Of a DNA stretch of 51,587 nucleotides, positions 1 through 10,897 are shown piece by piece. The stretch's first letter is position 1. Every line of letters starts with the position of its first letter. The notes beneath the pieces were generated by a model. It saw nothing but the letters and a program-made list of their open reading frames with translations, was not told the origin of the DNA and ran no database searches. The DNA lies in assembly GCF_001194135.2 (NCBI RefSeq), contig NC_068989.1:80320330-80371916 (forward strand), in the 5' to 3' direction. This stretch comes from Octopus bimaculoides (lineage: Eukaryota). The position numbers and the translations under genes were made by a program.

Positions 1-488
1 TATATACGCACACGCACCCACCAGCATCAATACATCTATAGCTGCTGCTGATGGTTGATAGGCGAAAAGGAGGCCGTAAGGGGGAGACAAGTGACGGGAT
101 AGGAAGTGAACGGATGATAAATAATTAAAAAAAAAAGGATGCAAGTTGTTTGGTCACGTGATAGCCTCATGGCGCGAGTATCAGTATAGGCGATTATGAG
201 TGTTGCTGCTAGCCAAAGATAAGGCGATGAAGGTTTAAAGATAGATAGCAATAACGGGACATCGAGAGAAGGACTGTGGAAAACGTGTGTGAACAATACA
301 GATGTAATCTTGACTGAACTGACACCCAGGCAATCAGCAAACTGACTTTGCCCTATTTTTGTAGACGTTTTTTGTGTGGGGTTTTGTTTTGTTTTGTTCT
401 TCTTTGTTAAATGTATCGTCTGACGTTATAGGCAGAGTAATTGTAGTAATTGGCAGAATGGTCTGGATCGATGGCAAATTTGACTTGG

Positions 489-544
489 ATGATGACGATC
501 GTGATGATGATGATGACGACGACGACGATGATGACGACGACGAC

Positions 545-576
<32 letters not shown>

Positions 577-1433
577 GGGAAGGAGGAAGAGGAGAAAGAG
601 GAGAAGGAAGGCAGGAAGAAGAAGAAGAAGTAGAGTAGAAGAAGAAGGAAGAGGACGATGTTGATGATGATGATGAGGAGGAAGAGAAGAGGAAGAGGAA
701 GGGGAGGAGAGTGCGACGATACTGATTTTAGTGGTGGTGCTGGCGGTGGTGGCGATGGTGATAATGATAACAACGTCGATGACGTTGATGGTCATGAAGA
801 TGAGGAGGAAGATGAGGAAGAGGAGGAGGAGGAGGAGGAGGAGGAGGTNNNNNNNNNNNNNNNNNNNNNNNNNNNNNNNNNNNNNNNNNNNNNNNNNNNN
901 NNNNNNNNNNNNNNNNNNNNNNNNNNNNNNNNNNNNNNNNNNNNNNNNNNNNNNNNNNNNNNNNNNNNNNNNNNNNNNNNNNNNNNNNNNNNNNNNNNNN
1001 NNNNNNNNNNNNNNNNNNNNNNNNNNNNNNNNNNNNNNNNNNNNNNNNNNNNNNNNNNNNNNNNNNNNNNNNNNNNNNNNNNNNNNNNNNNNNNNNNNNN
1101 NNNNNNNNNNNNNNNNNNNNNNNNNNNNNNNNNNNNNNNNNNNNNNNNNNNNNNNNNNNNNAGGAGTGGAGGAGGAGGAGTGGAGGAGTGGAGGAGGAGG
1201 AGTGGAGGAGTGGAGGAGGAGGAGGAGGAGATTGATGATGATGGGATTACGGTACTAATGATGACGTCGATGGATAATGGTGATAATGACGGCGACGATG
1301 AAGAGGAGGACGATGACAGTGCTGATGACTACAACGACGACGACGACGATGATGATGATGACAACGATGACGATGCCACTTCAGGCGACAACGATGACGA
1401 CGATGATGATGTTGATGATTATGATGACGACGA
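489..1433. repeat. Compound trinucleotide microsatellite (GAT/GAC/GAA/GAG) spanning an N gap
   Basis: Direct reading of the sequence. It generates the poly-D/E/S/M ORFs in the track. N gap at 849-1161. Confidence 0.95.
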
Positions 1434-1844
1434 TGTTTACGTTATGAAGCTGTACAAATGTTCGGGAGATAATCTGCTGGCTATCAATGTTCAGCGAATC
1501 GTTTTCGAGGATTTCAAAGACAGATAAGGAAATATTGTCATATGATAAGCTTAATAGATGACTATTAACATTATTTAATGTAATAACCATAAAAAAACTA
1601 ATTTGAAATATTATATGGAGAACGGGGTATTATACAATATAGAATAAAAATATGACTTCGTGAAAAATCTTACTTCAAATATTGTGGTAAGTACGACCGA
1701 TAACTCCGAACCAGTTCTGGTCTTATGTGATCTCGTCAATCAAATCATATTTTCACACTACTCGCGGAAGAAGTGATGAAAGAATCATTAAGTAGATAGA
1801 TTAATAATACACACGTGGAGCAATGTAAACAAATTGTAATTTCT

Positions 1845-1884
1845 GAGCGAATTTAGTGGAGGGAAACTCTGCGGAAGCCCATGG

Positions 1885-1942
<58 letters not shown>

Positions 1943-2192
1943 TATATATATATGTCTGTGTTTGTGCGTGTGTGCGTTTGTGTGTACGTGGTTGTGGTTT
2001 CCCCCACCACCGCTAGACAAGCTGTTATGTTTTTTTTGTTTTGTTTTTAGTTCCTGTAAGATAGCATTTCGGCAAATAAAACCGATAGAATAAGCACCTA
2101 ACTTAAAATTAATTATTGGGAACGATTTGTTCGACTAAACCTATTAAAAGCTGTGCCGCATGTTGCAGTCCTATAAGCGAAACAAATAAGAG
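1845..2192 (+). mobile_element. Degenerate SINE family A copy (middle and 3' part) with internal (CA)/(TA) microsatellite
   Basis: Carries the A-family motifs ccgatagaataag...gatttgttcgactaaa...gaaacaaataaga seen in the full copies at 7934-8346 and 42884-43285. Confidence 0.7.
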
Positions 2193-2480
2193 ATAGTACC
2201 TAAATACCACAAGATTTTTTCCGGTACCTCTACCAATTCAGCCATCCGTCAGCCGAAATTAAAGTGTTTTGTGTTTTTCTGGGAAAATATTGGAAAGTAG
2301 ACAAGAATCCGCCTACACATATGTCAAAATGAGGTTTATAATAAGTGACGGCAGTTCTAAAATATAAAACATCTTCATGATATTTAGGAACCATGTTTAC
2401 CAATAACAACACAACTTCTATACGAATATATCTATAACGTAATTTATATGGCGTATGTATATATATATATATATATATAT

Positions 2481-2604
2481 AATAATACAAGGAATATATA
2501 TACACATGTATACACACATATATGTACATACTTACATCTACATGTGTATATATATGCATATCAGGGTACAGGACGTTAGAACAATAAACTACAGACAACG
2601 GAAC

Positions 2605-2608
<4 letters not shown>
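2481..2608 (-). repeat. Dispersed repeat, copy 1 (homologous to 16603-16777)
   Basis: The reverse complement ttctaacgtcctgtaccctgatatgcatatatatacacatgtagatgtaagtatgtac aligns with ttctgacgtcccgtacccggataagcatctatatatacatgtagatgtaggtatgtac at 16673. Confidence 0.75.
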
Positions 2609-2649
<41 letters not shown>

Positions 2650-3148
2650 NNNNNNNNNNNNNNNNNNNNNNNNNNNNNNNNNNNNNNNNNNNNNNNNNNN
2701 NNNNNNNNNNNNNNNNNNNNNNNNNNNNNNNNNNNNNNNNNNNNNNNNNNNNNNNNNNNNNNNNNNNNNNNNNNNNNNNNNNNNNNNNNNNNNNNNNNNN
2801 NNNNNNNNNNNNNNNNNNNNNNNNNNNNNNNNNNNNNNNNNNNNNNNNNNNNNNNNNNNNNNNNNNNNNNNNNNNNNNNNNNNNNNNNNNNNNNNNNNNN
2901 NNNNNNNNNNNNNNNNNNNNNNNNNNNNNNNNNNNNNNNNNNNNNNNNNNNNNNNNNNNNNNNNNNNNNNNNNNNNNNNNNNNNNNNNNNNNNNNNNNNN
3001 NNNNNNNNNNNNNNNNNNNNNNNNNNNNNNNNNNNNNNNNNNNNNNNNNNNNNNNNNNNNNNNNNNNNNNNNNNNNNNNNNNNNNNNNNNNNNNNNNNNN
3101 NNNNNNNNNNNNNNNNNNNNNNNNNNNNNNNNNNNNNNNNNNNNNNNN

Positions 3149-3205
<57 letters not shown>

Positions 3206-3248
3206 CATACATACATATGTACATACATACACAAATATATGCATATAT

Positions 3249-3456
3249 TCTTTTATTTGTTTCAGTTATTTGACTGTGGACATGCTGGAGCACCTCCTTT
3301 AGTCGAATGAATCGACCCCAGGAATTATACTTTCTAAGCCCAGTACTTATTCTATCGTCACTCTTGCCGAACCGCTAGGTTACGAGGACGTAAACACACC
3401 AACATCGGTTGTTAAGTGATGGTGGAGGAACAAACAGAGACACATAAATGCATACA

Positions 3457-3501
<45 letters not shown>

Positions 3502-3666
3502 GTGTGTGTGCGTGTGTAAACAACGGGCTTCTTTCAGTTTCCTTCTACCAAATCCACTCAAAAGGCTTTGGTCGACATTTGCCCAAATTGCCGTGCAGTG
3601 GGACTGAACCCGGAACCATCTGGCTGGGAAGCAAATTTCTTACCACACAGCCACACTTCCGCGTAT
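3249..3666 (-). mobile_element. SINE family A, near full length
   Basis: tRNA-like head (A box TGGCTGTGTGG, B box GGTTCAGTCCC on the - strand), central (TG)n, and 3' tail ...gactgaaacaaataaaa. Confidence 0.9.
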
Positions 3667-3823
3667 AAGCCACTACTGCGTATATATGCATATGTATGTA
3701 TGTATGTAGGTAGGTAGGTAAGTAGGTAGGTAATGTATGTATGTAAGCATATATATAAATATATATATCAACAACAACAACAACAATAATAATAATAATG
3801 ATAATATCATTTGTATGTAAGTC

Positions 3824-3863
<40 letters not shown>

Positions 3864-4442
3864 NNNNNNNNNNNNNNNNNNNNNNNNNNNNNNNNNNNNN
3901 NNNNNNNNNNNNNNNNNNNNNNNNNNNNNNNNNNNNNNNNNNNNNNNNNNNNNNNNNNNNNNNNNNNNNNNNNNNNNNNNNNNNNNNNNNNNNNNNNNNN
4001 NNNNNNNNNNNNNNNNNNNNNNNNNNNNNNNNNNNNNNNNNNNNNNNNNNNNNNNNNNNNNNNNNNNNNNNNNNNNNNNNNNNNNNNNNNNNNNNNNNNN
4101 NNNNNNNNNNNNNNNNNNNNNNNNNNNNNNNNNNNNNNNNNNNNNNNNNNNNNNNNNNNNNNNNNNNNNNNNNNNNNNNNNNNNNNNNNNNNNNNNNNNN
4201 NNNNNNNNNNNNNNNNNNNNNNNNNNNNNNNNNNNNNNNNNNNNNNNNNNNNNNNNNNNNNNNNNNNNNNNNNNNNNNNNNNNNNNNNNNNNNNNNNNNN
4301 NNNNNNNNNNNNNNNNNNNNNNNNNNNNNNNNNNNNNNNNNNNNNNNNNNNNNNNNNNNNNNNNNNNNNNNNNNNNNNNNNNNNNNNNNNNNNNNNNNNN
4401 NNNNNNNNNNNNNNNNNNNNNNNNNNNNNNNNNNNNNNNNNN

Positions 4443-4482
<40 letters not shown>

Positions 4483-4519
4483 TTTATTCTTTTACTTGTT
4501 TCTTGCGCTTCCCGAGCAT

Positions 4520-5028
4520 GTCTTTTTGTGGCTCACAGAGTTAATTTTTTGACTTAATTTTAGCAATCGCTGGTGCTATTTTGCACCCCTTATTTATTAA
4601 TTCCTTTTTAGTTTTTAATTACTAGCCACACATACTTTAAAATATGTTAAATATATCTTAATATATTAATATAGCATTGTAGTGTCTTCTTGTATTTATA
4701 ATATACACACTAACCGTTTGAATTTAGCACGGCTTATTAACGGCTTCCTATTCTCATTTACTATTACAAAGCAAACTATCTATATATCCCCGAGTAGTCG
4801 GTAGATGCTTCTGAAGAGAAACAAAACCTTATCAGTTAAATTTCGAAATCGCGTGGTAGGGCATTATCCACCTATTTCTTTTGTAAGTCCATCTCACAAG
4901 GGAACGATCGTTTTAGTTTGGTGTGCCCGATCTCCGTAAAAGTAATATTAAGGTTAGTGTCTTTTCTGCGGCTCTCCGAGTTAAATTTTTACTCTTCTCT
5001 TTAGCAATCGCTGTCGCTATTTTGCACC
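4520..5028 (+). mobile_element. Hammerhead-containing segment bounded by imperfect ~70 bp direct repeats (Penelope pseudo-LTR or retrozyme-like)
   Basis: Repeats at 4520-4587 and 4959-5028 (both end tttagcaatcgctg..gctattttgcacc), 439 bp apart, with a hammerhead fold between them. The element class is inferred. Confidence 0.5.
4804..4865 (+). ncRNA. Type I hammerhead ribozyme candidate, intact core
   Basis: Stem I gatgctt/gggcatt; CTGAAGA at 4811-4817; stem II gaaa/tttc (G10.1-C11.1); GAAA at 4845-4848; helix III ATCGCGTGGT (self-complementary with G.U pairs); GTA cleavage triplet ending at 4858. Confidence 0.65.
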
Positions 5029-5548
5029 TTATATATATATATATATATNNNNNNNNNNNNNNNNNNNNNNNNNNNNNNNNNNNNNNNNNNNNNNNNNNNN
5101 NNNNNNNNNNNNNNNNNNNNNNNNNNNNNNNNNNNNNNNNNNNNNNNNNNNNNNNNNNNNNNNNNNNNNNNNNNNNNNNNNNNNNNNNNNNNNNNNNNNN
5201 NNNNNNNNNNNNNNNNNNNNNNNNNNNNNNNNNNNNNNNNNNNNNNNNNNNNNNNNNNNNNNNNNNNNNNNNNNNNNNNNNNNNNNNNNNNNNNNNNNNN
5301 NNNNNNNNNNNNNNNNNNNNNNNNNNNNNNNNNNNNNNNNNNNNNNNNNNNNNNNNNNNNNNNNNNNNNNNNNNNNNNNNNNNNNNNNNNNNNNNNNNNN
5401 NNNNNNNNNNNNNNNNNNNNNNNNNNNNNNNNNNNNNNNNNNNNNNNNNNNNNNNNNNNNNNNNNNNNNNNNNNNNNNNNNNNNNNNNNNNNNNNNNNNN
5501 NNNNNNNNNNNNNNNNNNNNNNNNNNNNNNNNNNNNNNNNNNNNNNNN

Positions 5549-5594
5549 GTGGCTGGTAAGCAAGCTACTTACCACACAGCCACTCCTACGCCTA
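5549..5594 (-). mobile_element. SINE family A head (remainder in N gap)
   Basis: caagctacttaccacacagccactcctacgcc is the reverse complement of the A-family head. Confidence 0.85.
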
Positions 5595-5605
5595 TATATA
5601 TATAT

Positions 5606-5666
<61 letters not shown>

Positions 5667-6193
5667 GGTGGGAAGAGAAATTAACTAATATATAACGAGT
5701 AATATATACTGAAATTATCCAAATGTTTCAAATTAAGTTATATTCACTCCTCCAGATGTGTCAAAGTTACAATGATGTCCGATATTATGACAGGTGCTGT
5801 GAAAGTGATTGATCAAATTATGACTACAAAAATTAACTCTCGCTAGATTTTGTCAAGATTTAACTGGACATTAAGCATGGCTCTCAAGAGACGTTGAAAT
5901 GATATGATTTAATACAAAGTGAAAAATAGGAAAAACATTTACCGGAAAAATGTCTTATTTATTATTTAGATGTTGTTCATCGAAAATAGACCTGAATGTG
6001 ACTTGACTCAAAAGTGAAACTTATTTGGAATACTCTAAAACATGTATATTCAATGATTTGTTTCCATTAGGTTCAAGGCTGGGTTTAGTCATGGAATAAT
6101 AAACTCGATTAACGTGAATTGAACACGCTTTACAAATATGTATTGTATTTACGCCAAGTGTGGTCAGATAATTGGTGGAAAATTTAATTTAAT

Positions 6194-6485
6194 ATATTAA
6201 TAGTTATCGCCAAGCCAACATGGCAGTCAACAAAATAGGACGAATGCTGCCGTTGATTAGCTCCAAGAGGCCATCACCTCTAGTTAGCTATTTGACAGAC
6301 CAGCAAGGGTAAGCGGCCAGACCAGCAAGGGTAAGCGGCTGACCTCTCCTGTTCGAAGGTTATAATGGACACAGATTCATGTGTCACATAGCTAGCTACA
6401 GGTGATGGCCTCTTGGAGCTAATCAACCGCAGTATTCGTCCTATTTTTTGGACTGCCATGTTGGCTTGGCGATAACTATTAATAT
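6194..6485. mobile_element. Foldback MITE-like element with 104 bp inverted arms
   Basis: Arms 6194-6297 and 6382-6485 differ at 7 positions by manual alignment. The spacer contains a tandem 20-mer gaccagcaagggtaagcggc. TSD is ambiguous (TA or TTAA). Confidence 0.8.
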
Positions 6486-6958
6486 CCAGTACCGCTGCCG
6501 TAGTCTCCTTTAGAGAGACTTAGAAAGATTAATATCTCTATAAACTTAATTTAATATCATATAGTTTTACATATTCTTTTTTATATTAACATAACATGTT
6601 AATTGATGTAGCATACCATTAATTATCGAAACTATCGTAACTAGTTAGTAAATGTAAAAACTATCATGTACACCCCTCTGTTTGATTACATTTATATTCT
6701 GCGACGGATGCACTAATCTCATAGTCGGTACATTTCACTGGATTTATAATCTGTATGGAACGTTTTNNNNNNNNNNGGGGGATTAACTGAATATTGATTC
6801 TAATTTTCCCTCTTTTGAATTCTTTTAGCCTTAATTCCGCCTCAGTGCTAATTGAGGTACTAGACTGGAATTCCTAAGTCCCTAACCTCCTACCAATACA
6901 TACATACATAGATATACATACATACATACATACATATATATATATATANNNNNNNNNN

Positions 6959-7236
6959 CAGTTCTTCTCAAGCTATCTGATGTGGCGTACCGGCAGTTTT
7001 TGTTTTTTTTTTTCAATGTGCCAGGGTCCGGTAATATTTCTTAGTAATATTAATTTATACTGGAAGCAATATATATAATGAATATAATAAATGCTGACAT
7101 TTTTTCATCTTATATTTTTTTTGTAAACAAATAATACAATATTACATAAGCATTTTATAATGTTTCTTTCTTTTCTGGAAATTCGCCGCGTACCGGCAGC
7201 TGATGGCTCGCGGCACCATCACTTTGGAAAGAACTG
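6959..7236. mobile_element. hAT (Charlie-like) MITE
   Basis: Termini cagttcttctcaa / ttggaaagaactg. The right flank atctaaat fits the hAT nTnTAnAn target preference. The left TSD lies in an N gap. Confidence 0.65.
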
Positions 7237-7336
7237 ATCTAAATTACGTAAAAATGAAAATAAATCTGACATCTCATTTTAACAAATATATTTACCAAAA
7301 TTACATAAAAATACCTTGAAATATTAAATAACAAAT

Positions 7337-7933
7337 TTAGTCAATAAAACAGCCTTTGAATTCAACCACGGCCTCTAGACGACTTCGGAATCTCCAGCAA
7401 CACCTCCGGACTGTTTCCTTGTTTAAGTTGGCAAATGCTGCCATAATCCTTGCCGTCAGTTCATCTTTGGTGTTACAAGGATTTTTTTTTTTTTTTTGGT
7501 CTCCCGCTCAACTGAGCCCCACACATAATAATCAAGATGGTTGCAGTCTGGAGATGTAGGTGGCAATATGTTAGGGGTGATGTGGTCGCAGAAATCGTCT
7601 GACAGCCATGACTGGGTTCTCCTGCTTGTGTGACATGGTCCAAAGTCCTGTTGCAAGACATAGGGTCTTCCAGCAGCCATCCTCTTGACCCAGGATAGCA
7701 CTACCTCCTCCAGGCACTCGATGTAGGCTTCTGTGTTGAATCTGAGGCCGTGTGGGAAGATGAATGGAGGTATAACGTCACCATCACTAGTGATCACTCC
7801 AAAGATCATGATCTTGACTGGATGTTTGATTTTTATCACTCTTGGTACACGTCCTCAAATTGCACTGTCCTTAGATTGACACACAAACACTCTGAAATGT
7901 TCGTATTGGAGATTCCGGCGCGAATGCCAAGCA
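7337..7933 (-). pseudogene. Internally deleted Tc1/mariner transposase of the DD37D (maT) type
   Basis: QQD...SPDCNHLDYYVWG has exactly 37 residues between the second and third catalytic D. After a poly-A frameshift the frame continues PCNTKDELTARIMAAFANLNKETVRRCCWRFRSRLEAVVEFKGCFID*. The N-terminal piece is fused directly to KHPVKIMIFGVITSDG. Confidence 0.9.
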
Positions 7934-8346
7934 GTATAACAGGAGTGGCTGCGCGGTAAGTAGCTTGTTCACCAAACACATGGTTCCAGGTTCAGTCCCA
8001 CTGCGTGACACCTTGGGCATGTCTTCTACTACAGTCTCGGGCCGGCCAAAGCCTTGTGAGTGGATTTGGTAGACGGAAACTGAATGAAGCCTGTCGTATA
8101 TGTGTGTGTGTATGTGTGTGTGTGTGTCTGTGCATATGTGTTTGTGTGCCTGTGTTTGTCCCCTACCATCGCTTGACAACCGATGCTGATGTGTTTACGT
8201 TCCCGTAACATAGCAGTTCGGCAAAAGAAACCGATGGAATAAGAACTAGGCTTACAAAGAATAAGTCCTGGGATCGATTTGTTCGATTAAAGGTGATGCT
8301 CCTGCATGGTCGCAGTCAAATGACTAAAGCAAATAAAAGAGTGTAA
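7934..8346 (+). mobile_element. SINE family A, full length, abutting the mariner 5' part
   Basis: Head caggagtggctgcgcggtaagtagc...ggttcagtccc, central (TG)n, tail gactaaagcaaataaaagagt. Confidence 0.9.
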
Positions 8347-9083
8347 GAATGAATATATATATATATATATATATATATANNNNNNNNNNNNNNNNNNNNN
8401 NNNNNNNNNNNNNNNNNNNNNNNNNNNNNNNNNNNNNNNNNNNNNNNNNNNNNNNNNNNNNNNNNNNNNNNNNNNNNNNNNNNNNNNNNNNNNNNNNNNN
8501 NNNNNNNNNNNNNNNNNNNNNNNNNNNNNNNNNNNNNNNNNNNNNNNNNNNNNNNNNNNNNNNNNNNNNNNNNNNNNNNNNNNNNNNNNNNNNNNNNNNN
8601 NNNNNNNNNNNNNNNNNNNNNNNNNNNNNNNNNNNNNNNNNNNNNNNNNNNNNNNNNNNNNNNNNNNNNNNNNNNNNNNNNNNNNNNNNNNNNNNNNNNN
8701 NNNNNNNNNNNNNNNNNNNNNNNNNNNNNNNNNNNNNNNNNNNNNNNNNNNNNNNNNNNNNNNNNNNNNNNNNNNNNNNNNNNNNNNNNNNNNNNNNNNN
8801 NNNNNNNNNNNNNNNNNNNNNNNNNNNNNNNNNNNNNNNNNNNNNNNNNNNNNNNNNNNNNNNNNNNNNNNNNNNNNNNNNNNNNNNNNNNNNNNNNNNN
8901 NNNNNNNNNNNNNNNNNNNNNNNNNNNNNNNNNNNNNNNNNNNNNNNNNNNNNNNNNNNNNNNNNNNNNNNNNNNNNNNNNNNNNNNNNNNNNNNNNNNN
9001 NNNNNNNNNNNNNNNNNNNNNNNNNNNNNNNNNNNNNNNNNNNNNNNNNNNNNNNNNNNNNNNNNNNNNNNNNNNNNNNNNNN

Positions 9084-9136
<53 letters not shown>

Positions 9137-9884
9137 ATTACACATACACACATGCACATACACATACACACACATATATAATACTTTTATTATAGCTATA
9201 ATATTAATATCAACGATGGTGATTAACAAAATTTTGCATTTTATCTTTTTTATAATTTGACATCGGTTTCAATACGATCTGTGTAACGCATGCTTGTTTA
9301 TCTCAGGTAGCATTCTCTAAAGAATATAAAGTTTCATTCATAATACCACTATGCTTGATCAAGTCATTAACTTGCTTGTAACCTTCAGTAGCTAATCAAT
9401 AGCTAATCAATCTGAATAACATATCTTTATATCTTACACTATCGAAAACACTTCATCGGTTGACGATATAAGAGAATATAAAATTACATGAGTTGATTAG
9501 TTTAGCATTTGATATCTTCTGCAGATTCCCATATTGTACTTTATAAATTCTGATCTCTAAACATGTGGTATTTTATCTAACAAGCCAAATCCTATGCTAT
9601 GTATTTTACTTCAATCGCTGTTGTTGCTATATCTCTCGTGAATTTATCGAATCACAGAGCAACACTTCATTTCCATACATATATCCTAGCCTCAGGTAGT
9701 TATAAAAAAAGCTACGTTGTATGCTCTCAGTCTGCTAGAGGAAACACCCAAATCCCACTCAAACTACATGCAATATTCTTTATTTGCTTCTTTACTTTTC
9801 GAACCTACAGAGGGGCTCATGGTACCGAACTTTATTTAGACTTTCAAGGCATTTAGGCTAATATCCAGTTCATGGCTGTTTTAA

Positions 9885-10044
9885 CTATCCCACCCAGGTT
9901 CTGTCTAAGAAATCCACTCACAAGGCTTCGGTCGGCCCGAGGCTATAGCAGAAGACACTTGCCCAAGGTTCCACCTAATGGGGCAGAACCCAGAACCAAC
10001 CGGTTGGGAAGCAAGCTTCTTACCACACAGCCACACCTGCGCCT
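9885..10044 (-). mobile_element. SINE family A, 5' half
   Basis: aatccactcacaaggcttcggtcggcccgaggctatagcagaagacacttgcccaagg...ccacacagccacacctgcgcc. Confidence 0.85.
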
Positions 10045-10688
10045 TAAATCTAGGATTTCATTGTCATGCAGTATATTGTCTAATGTTTGAGTATGTAGAT
10101 GCGATTTGATGCTGATTTTGGTGCTATTTCTAGCATGTCGAGTAACCATCCAAAGACTTCCCTGCCAGTTTCACCTGTATTCTTTGATATATAAATAAAT
10201 ATTTAACGATGGCTTCCTTTTCAAAGCACTTGAAGCCATTTTTCTGTTGAGATGTTTATATTAGATATGACGTCATTTTCCTATGCCAACACACCTGAAG
10301 TTATAAATAACATCATCATATGCATAGACGTGTAGTTAATATGTTTAGTTTTGCAACAACTATGTTCTGAGTTCGAACCCACTTCACGGCACATTTGACA
10401 TGTGTCTTCTGTAGCCTCACGTTGTGAGCGGAATTTGGTTGTCAAATACTTCGTGGAACCCCGAAGTTAATATATTTTTCCAAGTAAAATGTTGACAGTG
10501 ACTTCGAAGTTTTGGCTTACTTGGCATCGTATGATCGACTTTAAATTGTTTGGAAGCTTAGAATCATTGAAAGTAGTAAAATAATTTTTTTTTTTTTTGC
10601 AGGAATAATGATTGTAATACCTTTGTTGTATATTTACATCACATATTGGTATTTGTGCATGAAACGGTAAAAATTTCAATATTTTGTT

Positions 10689-10897
10689 TTCTACTCAAGG
10701 CACAAGGCACAAAATTTTGGTGGAGGGGTCCAGTCGATTAGATCGACACCAGTACTCAACTGGTACTTAATTTATCGACACCAAAAGGATGAAAGGCAAA
10801 GTCGACCTCAGCGGAATTTGAACTCAGAACGTAACGACAGACGAAATACCACGAAGCATTTTTCCCGGTGTGCTAACATTTCTACCATCTCGCCGCC
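10689..10897 (-). mobile_element. SINE family B
   Basis: Reverse complement of ggcggcgag...gttctgagttcaaattccgc.gaggtcgactttgcctttcatcctt...ttaagtaccag, with a gccttgtgcc tail. Confidence 0.9.

Noticed and set aside
334-1527. Long acidic, Ser-rich and Met-rich ORFs
   Set aside because: They are translations of trinucleotide microsatellites and an N gap in several frames on both strands.
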